Shown: positions 1 through 8,952 of the stretch, piece after piece
How positions within the stretch are numbered: the stretch's first letter is position 1
Layout of the letters: each line of letters opens with the position of its first letter
NCBI GenBank assembly: GCA_963754875.1
Contig: CAVWHO010000016.1
Coordinates: forward strand, 320,001-384,000
Source of the DNA: Nitrospirota bacterium
GTDB taxonomy: Bacteria; Nitrospirota; UBA9217
Direction of reading: 5' to 3'
Length of the DNA stretch: 64,000 nt
Notes under the pieces: model-generated
The model's database searches: none
The model's input: the letters and a program-made list of their open reading frames with translations, nothing else
What the model was told of the DNA's origin: nothing
Translations under genes and position numbers: made by a program

Positions 1-21
1 CTCGACGCGGCGGATCCCGGT

Positions 22-660
22 GTGGAAAAGACGCTGTCTGCAATATTACGAAAGGCGCTTAACGACCTGGATGCGGCGAGGCGTGACGATCCGAAGGACC
101 CCCGTGCTCATTATTATTATGCCTACGCCGCAGCCGCAAAAGGAAATTGGCAGGAGGCGCTCGACGAAATTGATAAAGGAATCGAGTTGAATGGCCTGGA
201 CAGCACTTTTCTGAAAGCAAAAGGATTGTTTTCTCTAGAGCTAGGAAAGTTGAAGCAGGCTGAAGCAGCGTACCACGCGTGCATTGAAAAAGACGCTTCA
301 GACTGGGACTGCTATAAGTCCTTGGCCGTGGTTTATATAAGAATGGGCAAGCCGGAACAGGGGCTTGAGGCCGCGCTCCGGGCGGCTGAATTAAACCCAG
401 ACGCTATTGGCGTTCAGGCCGTTCTCGGAATCGCCTATGCAAAAAACAATGCGCAAGAAAAGGCTCTTGCCGCGTTTCAACGGGCAGTCTCGCTAGGCGG
501 ATCAAATCCGCTCCTCTATTTTGACTTGGCGGTAACAAACTTTGTGCTGAGAGAATACGACGCCTCCTGGGAATATGCTCGGAGAGCGGAATATCTCGGC
601 TACCCTAAGGGGAGTCCCCTTATCAAAATGCTCAAGGATGTGTCTCAAGAACCTAATTGA
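22..660 (+). CDS. Tetratricopeptide-repeat protein (probably 5'-truncated by the window edge)
   Basis: Several TPR-like helical repeats (AHYYYAYAAAAKGNWQEAL, CYKSLAVVYIRMGKPEQGL, LGIAYAKNNAQEKAL); the frame is open to the window start. Confidence 0.8.
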   Translation: MEKTLSAILRKALNDLDAARRDDPKDPRAHYYYAYAAAAKGNWQEALDEIDKGIELNGLDSTFLKAKGLFSLELGKLKQAEAAYHACIEKDASDWDCYKSLAVVYIRMGKPEQGLEAALRAAELNPDAIGVQAVLGIAYAKNNAQEKALAAFQRAVSLGGSNPLLYFDLAVTNFVLREYDASWEYARRAEYLGYPKGSPLIKMLKDVSQEPN

Positions 661-785
661 CGCTGATGGCTCGGCCGTATTTATTTGGGGGTATTTTAGT
701 GCGTTAATGAAGGCAGAGCAGGTGAACTTAGTCGGATAGAGAGTTTGAGCTGGTACGCAGAGGCACTGATGGAATAGGAGTGACA

Positions 786-1040
786 ATGTGGAAAAGGCTA
801 AGTATAGAATTTAAATATTTCTTATTGATTCTCCTCGTAATGTGTGTTTTGGCGGGGGCTGTATATCTCACAAAATACGGGAATCCCTTTATAGGGATTC
901 CGTTGTTGCTACTATTTGTTTTCCTGATATTTGGCGGTTGGCATTGGATAAAAGATGATAAAAAGAATGCGCTATTATATCTAGCTATATTATTGGTTAT
1001 TTACTTAATTATTATTTATGCTGCAATCCGAAATAGTTGA
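786..1040 (+). CDS. Small membrane protein, three predicted TM helices, AT-rich
   Basis: AGGAG RBS at 776-780 before ATG 786; three hydrophobic segments. Confidence 0.6.
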   Translation: MWKRLSIEFKYFLLILLVMCVLAGAVYLTKYGNPFIGIPLLLLFVFLIFGGWHWIKDDKKNALLYLAILLVIYLIIIYAAIRNS

Positions 1041-1095
1041 AAAAAATGGAATTACGACTTAAAGCAATAACAAAAATCCCACAGGAGGATGGAAA

Positions 1096-2025
1096 ATGCC
1101 GCAACGATCAATTTTAGTTGCTGACGACATTGAAAATCTGACAGACTCCGGCAAGAGACGTTCGCAAGCAATACGGAACGCTGCCATTTTTTTAGCCCAG
1201 CGGCTTAAAACAGGCATCAATTTACTTTATGTGGAAGATCTAAAAACTTATCCATCCAGTAAACTCAGTTTATTCCGTTACAAGGCATGGCACACAACGC
1301 ATCAGGAAAGACTCGAAAAAATAGGCAGGCAATATACCATACCGGTTTCATCTTCCATAATGAGCGGTTCTCCGGCTGAACAGATCCTGAAGGTATTACG
1401 CTCCAGGCCATCACCTGAGCTTGTCGTTGTGGGAACGCAAGGACGGAAAGGTGTGAAGCGTTTGTTCATAGGTAGTGTTGCGGAAGAAGTGGTCCGTCAC
1501 TCCAAGCGACCTGTGATGGTGATCGGACCAATAGCCCAGGAAGTGGGCCGGGATATTTCCGGCCAAAAGCAGCTAAAAATACTCGTGCCGACTGATCTCG
1601 GAAAAAACAGCCGGGCAGCCGAGCACTATGCACTTTCATTAGCAAAACGCATTGGTGCGAGAGTAAGCCTGTTTCATTGTCTGTGGGACAGTATCAATGC
1701 CATTATAGTCAATACTGGAGCCTCGGAAATGGCCGCCTACAATCTGGATGCGATTTTCGACGAGTCTCGGTATTATGCGGTCAAATCTATGAAACGGAAG
1801 GCTGGCTTCTTTCAGGAGCGCGGCGTGCCGTGTGAATACAAGGTCGAAGAGAAGAAGATCGTTTCCCAGTGCGCGGTGTATCAGGAGGTCGAAAGCGGCT
1901 ATTCATTCGTAGTCATGGGAACTCATGGAAGAAATGTGGCGCTCAATGCCTTTTTCGGAAGCACGGCCCGGGAAACGATCTTGAACGCGGCAATTCCGGT
2001 GATTGTCGTTCACTCCGGAAGATAG
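1096..2025 (+). CDS. Universal stress protein with tandem Usp domains
   Basis: Two Usp motifs: VVVGTQGRKGVKRLFIGSVAEEVVR and VVMGTHGRNVALNAFFGSTARETI; AGGAGG RBS. Confidence 0.93.
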   Translation: MPQRSILVADDIENLTDSGKRRSQAIRNAAIFLAQRLKTGINLLYVEDLKTYPSSKLSLFRYKAWHTTHQERLEKIGRQYTIPVSSSIMSGSPAEQILKVLRSRPSPELVVVGTQGRKGVKRLFIGSVAEEVVRHSKRPVMVIGPIAQEVGRDISGQKQLKILVPTDLGKNSRAAEHYALSLAKRIGARVSLFHCLWDSINAIIVNTGASEMAAYNLDAIFDESRYYAVKSMKRKAGFFQERGVPCEYKVEEKKIVSQCAVYQEVESGYSFVVMGTHGRNVALNAFFGSTARETILNAAIPVIVVHSGR

Positions 2026-2068
2026 GTTTTCCGGATCTTAAAGATTCAGAAAACGGGGTAAAAGAAAA

Positions 2069-2905
2069 ATGAAAGATCAGCATCGAGACGATAAAACGGA
2101 CTTCACAAGCGACCTCGCCATTCAGACGATGAACCTGACTCGAAAGTTCGGCCAACAAACAGCAGTCGATGGGGTCAATCTCCAGGTCAAGTACGGCCAA
2201 ATCTACGGTCTCCTCGGTCCGAACGGCGCCGGCAAAAGCACGACGATTAAAATGCTCACGACTATCCTTGATCCGACTTCCGGAGAGGCAACCATAGCCG
2301 GCTTTAATATTGTCACTCAGCCCGCTCAGGTACGGAGGCGGATCGGGTATGTTCCGCAAATGCTTTCCGCAGATGGCGCATTGACAGGACGTGAGAATTT
2401 AGTGCTCTCAGCCAAACTCTATCGAATGCCGAGATCAGAGAGAGCTGACCGCATCGACGAAGCTTTGAAGTTTATGGGACTCGAAGACTCGGCAAGCAAG
2501 CTCGTCAAGACGTATTCGGGTGGGATGATTAGAAGACTGGAACTTGCACAGGCGATGATCCACCATCCCACGGTCCTCTTTCTTGATGAGCCGACTATTG
2601 GGCTCGACCCGGTGGCGAAGCGGATTGTATGGGACCGGTTGCTGGATCTAAGACAGGATTACAACATGACGGTCCTCATCACGACGCACGATATGGAAGA
2701 GGCGGACCATCTCTGCGATGAGCTTGCTATTTTGCATGAAGGAATAATTGCCATCACCGGCCGACCGAACGATTTAAAAACAGCGATCAGCCCCACGGCC
2801 ACACTGGATGATGTTTTTGCTCAGTGCTGCGGGGTCCTGATCACAGAAGGAGGAAACTATCGTGACGTCCGGCAAACACGAAGTACGGTCACTCGACTCG
2901 GCTGA
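2069..2905 (+). CDS. ABC exporter ATP-binding subunit (DrrA-like)
   Basis: Walker A GPNGAGKST, signature YSGGM, Walker B VLFLDEPT, TTHDM switch. Confidence 0.95.
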   Translation: MKDQHRDDKTDFTSDLAIQTMNLTRKFGQQTAVDGVNLQVKYGQIYGLLGPNGAGKSTTIKMLTTILDPTSGEATIAGFNIVTQPAQVRRRIGYVPQMLSADGALTGRENLVLSAKLYRMPRSERADRIDEALKFMGLEDSASKLVKTYSGGMIRRLELAQAMIHHPTVLFLDEPTIGLDPVAKRIVWDRLLDLRQDYNMTVLITTHDMEEADHLCDELAILHEGIIAITGRPNDLKTAISPTATLDDVFAQCCGVLITEGGNYRDVRQTRSTVTRLG

Positions 2906-3686
2906 CACCTTTTCCCTTGCCGACTTCATAGGACAGAGCATTGCGATAGGAGAATCCGAGCTGAAGAAGCTCCTCCGCGATCCTACCGAACTTTTTTCTC
3001 GCGCTGTCCAGCCAATCCTCTGGCTGGTGATTTTCGGCCAGGTTTTCAGCCGGGTCCGGGGCATACCCACCGGCAACATCAGTTACCTGGCCTTTATGTG
3101 CCCCGGCATTTTGGCGCAAAGCGTACTGTTCAGCGCGATCTTTTACGGGATTGCGGTCATTTGGGAGCGGGACCTGGGGATCGTTCATAAACTTCTGGTG
3201 AGTCCGGCCTATCGGGGCGCTCTGGTATTTGGAAAGGCAATTTCCGCCGGATTCCGAGGGTTGATCCAGACGCTTATCATCTACGTTGTCGCTTTCATCA
3301 TGCGGATCGAGATCAGCTTGAGCCCGCATACAATCCTGGGCGTGCTTTTGGCCGTTATGCTCGGATCGGCGATCTTTTCGACTTTTTCTCTCATTATCGC
3401 CTGTATCGTGAAGACACGGGAACGCTTCATGGGAATAGGTCAAGTGCTCACCATGCCCCTTTTTTTTGCAAGCAACGCCATTTACCCGCTCGAACTCATG
3501 CCAGGATGGTTACTGGTGTTTGCGAGGATTAACCCTCTCACCTATTTGGTGGATATATTACGAGGACTCATGATTCAGGGCGGTCACAGCGTGTACGGGT
3601 TCGCGTTCGATTTTGGCGTTCTCGGACTGATCTATGTAGTCTTAGTAGCTATCGCGTCGAAGCTTTATCCCACTTTAATTCAATGA
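2862..3686 (+). CDS. ABC-2 type permease (DrrB-like)
   Basis: Six TM segments; YLAFMCPGILAQ and INPLTYLVD motifs; overlaps the ATPase gene. Confidence 0.93.
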   Translation: MTSGKHEVRSLDSADTFSLADFIGQSIAIGESELKKLLRDPTELFSRAVQPILWLVIFGQVFSRVRGIPTGNISYLAFMCPGILAQSVLFSAIFYGIAVIWERDLGIVHKLLVSPAYRGALVFGKAISAGFRGLIQTLIIYVVAFIMRIEISLSPHTILGVLLAVMLGSAIFSTFSLIIACIVKTRERFMGIGQVLTMPLFFASNAIYPLELMPGWLLVFARINPLTYLVDILRGLMIQGGHSVYGFAFDFGVLGLIYVVLVAIASKLYPTLIQ

Positions 3687-4000
3687 GGCTCGTCTCTTCG
3701 GGAAAGTTCGACAGCAATCTCTGCTATTTCATCAGAAACTTGTAAAGCAGTCATACACCTTGACGTGGAAGGACAAACGCCATGCTTTGTCCTTTCTCAA
3801 CTGGTTATGTTGTCTCGCTCCTGACTTGACTAACCATTGTCGGATCCTTAGAATCGAAATTATTATAACATGAATTTCAAATAAGACGGTTATGCCTTTT
3901 TGTCCGACTCTCTCTTTGCAGCATCGATGTTTGTGCGGAGGGCCTGTTTTATAACGGCGGGGCAGGAGACCAGTTTACATCCCGCGCCTGATTGTTGAAT

Positions 4001-4993
4001 TCAAGGAAAAACAGTTTCTGTTTGTTCCACCTTTTTCCATGTTTTATCAGGGTCATACTCTGTAATAGCCTTTGCTATCTCTTCTGTCTTGGGCCCAAGG
4101 TTTTTTTCGTATACAACACCCTGTTGGTTTACCATGAAGGTCATAATTCCCGAAACGCCGTACTGTGCAGGGTATGCCACCAGGCCAAAACCTTTTACCA
4201 TTTTGCCGTTGACTACGTAATCGAGTTCACCACCGGGAGCATTGCTGCCCTGACTTTTCAGGATCTTGTAATAATACCCGTGGTAAGGTGAGGGCTTTTC
4301 TCCTTTCCTAAATGTGTATCCTTCTTCCGTTGCACGGGCAATTAGTGGCCCCAGAGGGCTACTTTTTTCTCCGGATGCAGCTTCCCAGTAGAGACCATCC
4401 TTCTTCTCCTTCTGGCTCAGAAAGTGTTGCGCGTATTGTAATACTGCGTCGCCATTGCGGTCCTTGCTGGCATACTCACGCTGGGCATCCACATAAGCGA
4501 GAGAAACCTGAATGGTATTCAATTCGTTTTTGCCTATTCTCCGATTTATAATCTCTTCCTTGCCATCTTCTGTAGAAAAAGTCCATCCCTGTCCTGACTT
4601 CACAATGGGGATGGGGAAGCACCATTCGTCTTTTCCGATGAGTACTAATTGTGTCTCGTCGTCATATTTTGAAAACTTAACTCCTTCTGCCGCAGCCATA
4701 GAGAAATGTTCACGGGCCTGCGTATCGGCAACAACATCGCCAGAGGATATGACATCCTTACTCTCTGGCCCGAAGACGGCCAGTAATCCTTTGGTGTCAT
4801 TGTTCTTGGCAGCCTCCAAGAGTGCATTGAATGCATCTTGTGGAGACTTGAACTCTCTTTGCCTTATATCCTGAGCAGAGGCGAGAATACCAAAAGTCGT
4901 TACTACGATTAAGACTATGAAAGCTGCTACATCACGGCAAAAGAGACGGTTTTTGGGTTTTGCTACACTCCTAAGCATTGTTCCTTCCTCCAT
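4001..4993 (-). CDS. DUF2950 family exported protein
   Basis: Signal peptide; RRIGKNEL, YVDAQREYA, DGLYW, PYHGYYYKIL, GFGLVAYPAQYGVSGIMTF motifs. Confidence 0.88.
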   Translation of the reverse strand: MEEGTMLRSVAKPKNRLFCRDVAAFIVLIVVTTFGILASAQDIRQREFKSPQDAFNALLEAAKNNDTKGLLAVFGPESKDVISSGDVVADTQAREHFSMAAAEGVKFSKYDDETQLVLIGKDEWCFPIPIVKSGQGWTFSTEDGKEEIINRRIGKNELNTIQVSLAYVDAQREYASKDRNGDAVLQYAQHFLSQKEKKDGLYWEAASGEKSSPLGPLIARATEEGYTFRKGEKPSPYHGYYYKILKSQGSNAPGGELDYVVNGKMVKGFGLVAYPAQYGVSGIMTFMVNQQGVVYEKNLGPKTEEIAKAITEYDPDKTWKKVEQTETVFP

Positions 4994-5069
4994 AAATCGG
5001 GCCCCTGATAATTCTCATTTATAGTTACATCCGAAAGATGCCGGCGGGACGCCGAGACGCTACCTAGTC

Positions 5070-6131
5070 TCACCTGGAACGCCCGCTACCATGGTATCCT
5101 CCACCACCGCCACCACCACGGGGAACTCGCCCACTGCCACCGCGGACAACTCCCCCACGGGTGGAGCCTCTAGCGGGGATTTGACCGGCCCTGGAGCGGC
5201 TTTGGAATCCACGATCGCTCGCGGCCCGCTCAAACCGGCTGTTAGGGGAGCGCTCAAAGACACTTGAGCGAGTTGCAGCAGAAGGTCTTGATATACCGTA
5301 GCCCCGGGATTGTCTATATGCTTCTGGCCTGTTAAGAATTCCCTGTGCACCTCTCTGCGCAGAAGGACTGGTCCTTCGCGTTCTTCCCGTTTCCGCGAAA
5401 GTTCCACCACGAACTCTGTTTGTGGGATCTATGCGCGATATCCTGCCAGTCCTGCGATCGCGAAAATGATTGCTGATGAATTCTCCTCCGTGCCAGCGCT
5501 CATGCTCATGCCTATGCACTCTCATGTCAAAGTCAACGAGAACAAAGAACCCCGGGTACCAGAAATCCCACCACCAAAATGGATAAGGCACCCACGTATA
5601 AAGGTATGCATAATCAGGAGGCGGAGCGTAGTACGTTACAGGGGGGGCGCCTTCATTAGAGTAATAGTTGTTTATAACTGTGGATTCAGGGGAGTTCATG
5701 GGGGCGGGCGTCTCACCCGACCTCTGGCCCTCGGCAGCCCTGACAGGCATATTATATCCCTTTATTACCTCCCCGAATGCCGCCATTGCCGCATCTTTTC
5801 CCATGGATAATTTGCCGGAATCAGCAGTCGTACTAATTGAATCCTGTACCTCTCCTATAATGTCCGGCGTAACCGGGTAATCGGCGATCCATCCGTTCCG
5901 GGGTGTAATGCCGACAGAACTCAATGCACTCTCCGCCTCGGCTTCACTCGTCGCCGTGCCAAGTTTAAGTGCTTCCGCGAGATCTGCCGCAAAATCTCCT
6001 TCACGGATAAGGGGCTGTGCTATAGGCGGGTTTGCGGCTGTCGTCTGCTCTGATTGTGCAGTCGCCACCGCAGGGATAAATAAAAAAACACCAACGATGA
6101 TAATAAATGCTCTGAACAATGAACTCTTCAT
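5070..6131 (-). CDS. Exported hypothetical protein with a Trp/Tyr-rich core and an Arg/Gly-rich tail
   Basis: GAAGGAG RBS before ATG 6131; signal peptide; YAYLYTWVPYPFWWWDFWYPG; low-complexity RG tail; directly upstream of DUF2950. Confidence 0.75.
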   Translation of the reverse strand: MKSSLFRAFIIIVGVFLFIPAVATAQSEQTTAANPPIAQPLIREGDFAADLAEALKLGTATSEAEAESALSSVGITPRNGWIADYPVTPDIIGEVQDSISTTADSGKLSMGKDAAMAAFGEVIKGYNMPVRAAEGQRSGETPAPMNSPESTVINNYYSNEGAPPVTYYAPPPDYAYLYTWVPYPFWWWDFWYPGFFVLVDFDMRVHRHEHERWHGGEFISNHFRDRRTGRISRIDPTNRVRGGTFAETGRTRRTSPSAQRGAQGILNRPEAYRQSRGYGISRPSAATRSSVFERSPNSRFERAASDRGFQSRSRAGQIPARGSTRGGVVRGGSGRVPRGGGGGGGYHGSGRSR

Positions 6132-6295
6132 ACCCATTCTCCTTCGCCTGCTGAACCACCTATATTCTATCAAATAAAACGTCACCTGCGATAATTACAT
6201 ACAGCAGTTTTCCTTTGGAGTAGAAGTAAGTCTTTTTAGGTAACAACGGGAGTATGTGAACTTTCGTAAAGTGAGTCTGAGAAGCAACAGCTATT

Positions 6296-7159
6296 TTTGC
6301 AGTCTGCAACGTGTTGTACTTTATAAATCCTATTTTTACAGTCACATGTCAATGTGCTTGGATGTTACCTTAGTACACGGGAGGATATCCAGGCACGAAA
6401 AAGTAATCTCTGGAAATATGCTATCATTAAAAAAGTTTTATGATGGCGGGTATAAATAAGTTGCAATGTATTTTAATTCACGCATAAAAGGAGACGAATA
6501 TGGCAGCGTTAGAGGTCGTCAAGAGCATGAAGGGGTCCCTTACCAGACGTCCAACTATGAACACAAAGCATGAGGTTGAGTTTTCATTTGCTGCTCCAAA
6601 AGCCAAGAAAGTCTGCATCGCGGGGAATTTCAATGATTGGAATATGACATCGATGCCAATGAAAAAAAGCGCCGACGGTACCTGGAAAATAAAGCTTAAG
6701 TTTTCACCGGGGAAGTACGAGTATAAGTATGTGGCGGACGGGATGTGGGTTCAGGACATGTCGTGCTCCGAGACAGTGCTGAATCCTTACGGCACATGTA
6801 ATAACGTCATTGGCATCGAGTAAAAAAGCAGGGGGGAGTTAAATTCTTCGTGAGGAACGCGACAAGTTCATGTTAATCAGCGACCACCATTCCAAAACTC
6901 AATGGCTCTTTACAGACAAGCCCAGTACGGCGGTTTATACAGCTCGGGATATCATCGAGCTCTGGAACCCAATTTTGTTCGTTACCCATGACCCAGACGA
7001 TGGGTCATGGCATTTTTTCTCGGGTCCAACTGTTCCAGACACTGATGCTAGGATCGTTGCTCTTGATGAAATCATCTACGGTGATCCGAGCGTGATCGAG
7101 CTGGCTGATCTGCCGCGCGGATGGATTGCTGTTCGAGGGACCATTGAGACGCCTTGGCA
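6296..7159 (+). repeat. Direct duplication, copy 1 (copy 2 at 41604-42470)
   Basis: Aligns by eye with 41604-42470; identical from ~6910 to the end, more diverged in the upstream promoter part. Confidence 0.95.
6500..6823 (+). CDS. Stand-alone CBM48 / AMPK-beta-like glycogen-binding (isoamylase early set) domain protein, copy 1
   Basis: AKKVCIAGNFNDW...GTWKIKLKFSPGKYEYKYVADGMW...NPYG..NNVI; AGGAG RBS. Confidence 0.88.
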   Translation: MAALEVVKSMKGSLTRRPTMNTKHEVEFSFAAPKAKKVCIAGNFNDWNMTSMPMKKSADGTWKIKLKFSPGKYEYKYVADGMWVQDMSCSETVLNPYGTCNNVIGIE

Positions 7160-7226
7160 ACGGACAAATTTTTCCCACTACATCTTGCACACGATGTGCG
7201 CAAGTTCCTTGGAAAATGTCTCATAA
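6870..7226 (+). CDS. Hypothetical protein (DUF2185/Imm33-like), copy 1; C-terminus replaced by sequence antisense to the adjacent gene
   Basis: VTHDPDDGSWHFFSG...DPSVIELADLPRGW; matches 42181-42528 up to ETPW, then diverges and overlaps the convergent gene by 49 nt. Confidence 0.65.
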   Translation: MLISDHHSKTQWLFTDKPSTAVYTARDIIELWNPILFVTHDPDDGSWHFFSGPTVPDTDARIVALDEIIYGDPSVIELADLPRGWIAVRGTIETPWQRTNFSHYILHTMCASSLENVS

Positions 7227-8812
7227 TTGACCGAATAGTCGATAGGGCATTCGATGAGGACCACTGTTTTCAGGGAGAATGCCTTTCGCAGCAGTTCCGA
7301 TAAATCATCGCCCTGCCTCACTTTCATGCCCACGGCCCCGTAGCTTTCGGCGTACTTTACGAAGTCAGGGTTCCGGTAGTCGAGGCCGAAGTTCTCAAAT
7401 CCCTTGGCCTGCTGTTCCCACTTGATGAACCCGTAAGCATTGTCATTCAGCACCAGCACGACGATCGGAATCGAGTAACGAAGCGCGAGCTCGAGCTCGC
7501 GCGAGTTCATCATGAACCCGCCGTCGCCCACCACGGCGAGCACGTTCCGGTCGGGTCTCACCATCTTGGCCGCTATGCCGGTAGAAAGGCCCGCTCCCAT
7601 GGTTGCAAGGGCATTGTCCAGTAGAAAGGTATTGGGTTTATACGTACGATAGAGCCTTGAGAACCACAGTTTGTAGATCCCGTTGTCCAGGGTCACGATA
7701 TCCTCGTGCGACAGAACCTCACGCACGTGCCAGACGACTTCCTGCGGCGTCAGGGGATACTGTTTCTTAAAATCGAGCGACAGTTTTTCATCCAGGAATT
7801 CCCGGACCGCCGAAAAGGTTTCTCCGCTCTTTCTTCCCGCTATCAGCTCCCCGAGTTGCCGGAGGGAGCAGGAAATGTCGCCGATAATCTCGATGTCCGG
7901 GTTGTAGAAGGCATCGATTTCCGCGGCTGCAAAGTCGATGTTGATGATCTTTTTATCGAGGTCGCGGTTCCAGACAAAGGGCGGATACTCTACGATGTTG
8001 TACCCGATCGTGATGATGAGGTCTGCCAGGTCGATCCCGCAGTTCACATAATCGCGCCGGTGGATGCCTGTTGCGAAAAGGCTGTATTTCGATGCATCGC
8101 TCACCACGCCCTTACCCATTTGCGTATGGACCGCGTAAATGCCGGTCTTCTCGATGAATTGCATGAGCTGGCGCGTGATCAGGTTGCGGTTCGCGCCCGA
8201 TGAGAGAATGATGAGCGGATTTTTTGATTGATTGATCAGCTCTGCGGCCCGCAGGAGGGCCTTGGGATCGGGTGCAGGTCTGCGTACGAGACCACGCTTC
8301 TGCACCCGCGCTTCGGTCTTGCTTTCCGCGACATCTTCGGGAAGCTCAATGTGCACTGCGCCGGGCCGTTCGGCCTGGGCGAGTTTAAATGCGTTCCTAA
8401 CGATCGTCGGGACAGTCCCCGGGTCGATTATGGAGACGGCTTCCTTTGTAATCGGCCGCATCATGCTTACAATGTCGATAAGCTGGAACCGGGCCTGCCG
8501 GTTCCCGCGGACCGCCTTTTGTCCCGAGATGGAGATGAACGGCGCGCCGATCAGTTGGGCATGGGCAACGCCCGTCACCAGGTTCGTCGCCCCCGGGCCG
8601 AGGGTCGAAAAGCACACGCCGGCTTTTCCCGTCAAGCGGCCGTAGGTGGCCGCCATGAACGCCGCGGTCTGCTCGTGGCGCGTGACAATGAGCTTGATCT
8701 TCGACGTACGGAGCGACTCGAGAAAATCGAGGTTCTCCTCCCCGGGCACACCGAAGATGTATTCCACGCCCTCTTCCTCCAGCTGCCTCACGAACAGGTC
8801 CGATGCTTTCAT
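7178..8812 (-). CDS. ThDP-dependent acetolactate-synthase-large-subunit family enzyme; candidate 2-oxoglutarate decarboxylase
   Basis: FGVPGEENL, RHEQTAAFMA, STLGPGATNL, ThDP motif GDGGFMMN...NDNAYG; last gene of the acn-gltA-SSADH operon; no ilvN or ilvC nearby. Confidence 0.85.
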   Translation of the reverse strand: MKASDLFVRQLEEEGVEYIFGVPGEENLDFLESLRTSKIKLIVTRHEQTAAFMAATYGRLTGKAGVCFSTLGPGATNLVTGVAHAQLIGAPFISISGQKAVRGNRQARFQLIDIVSMMRPITKEAVSIIDPGTVPTIVRNAFKLAQAERPGAVHIELPEDVAESKTEARVQKRGLVRRPAPDPKALLRAAELINQSKNPLIILSSGANRNLITRQLMQFIEKTGIYAVHTQMGKGVVSDASKYSLFATGIHRRDYVNCGIDLADLIITIGYNIVEYPPFVWNRDLDKKIINIDFAAAEIDAFYNPDIEIIGDISCSLRQLGELIAGRKSGETFSAVREFLDEKLSLDFKKQYPLTPQEVVWHVREVLSHEDIVTLDNGIYKLWFSRLYRTYKPNTFLLDNALATMGAGLSTGIAAKMVRPDRNVLAVVGDGGFMMNSRELELALRYSIPIVVLVLNDNAYGFIKWEQQAKGFENFGLDYRNPDFVKYAESYGAVGMKVRQGDDLSELLRKAFSLKTVVLIECPIDYSVNYETFSKELAHIVCKM

Positions 8813-8952
8813 GAAATCTCCCTATAAAAAAGTAGAAGGACGATAGACGACCGCTTGTTTCACGCGCTAAGACGATGGACGTGTAAAGCATGACCCTGCC
8901 CTTTGGTCCACTGCGTCCATCTTCCCTCGTCCCTCGTCCTTCGTCTGCTATG

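Noticed and set aside
6443..6466. Possible sigma54 promoter (GGTATAAATAAGTTGC) upstream of the CBM48 gene
   Set aside because: The GG-to-GC spacing is 12 nt in both copies, not the required 10; an extended -10 (TGCTATCAT) just upstream is a better candidate.
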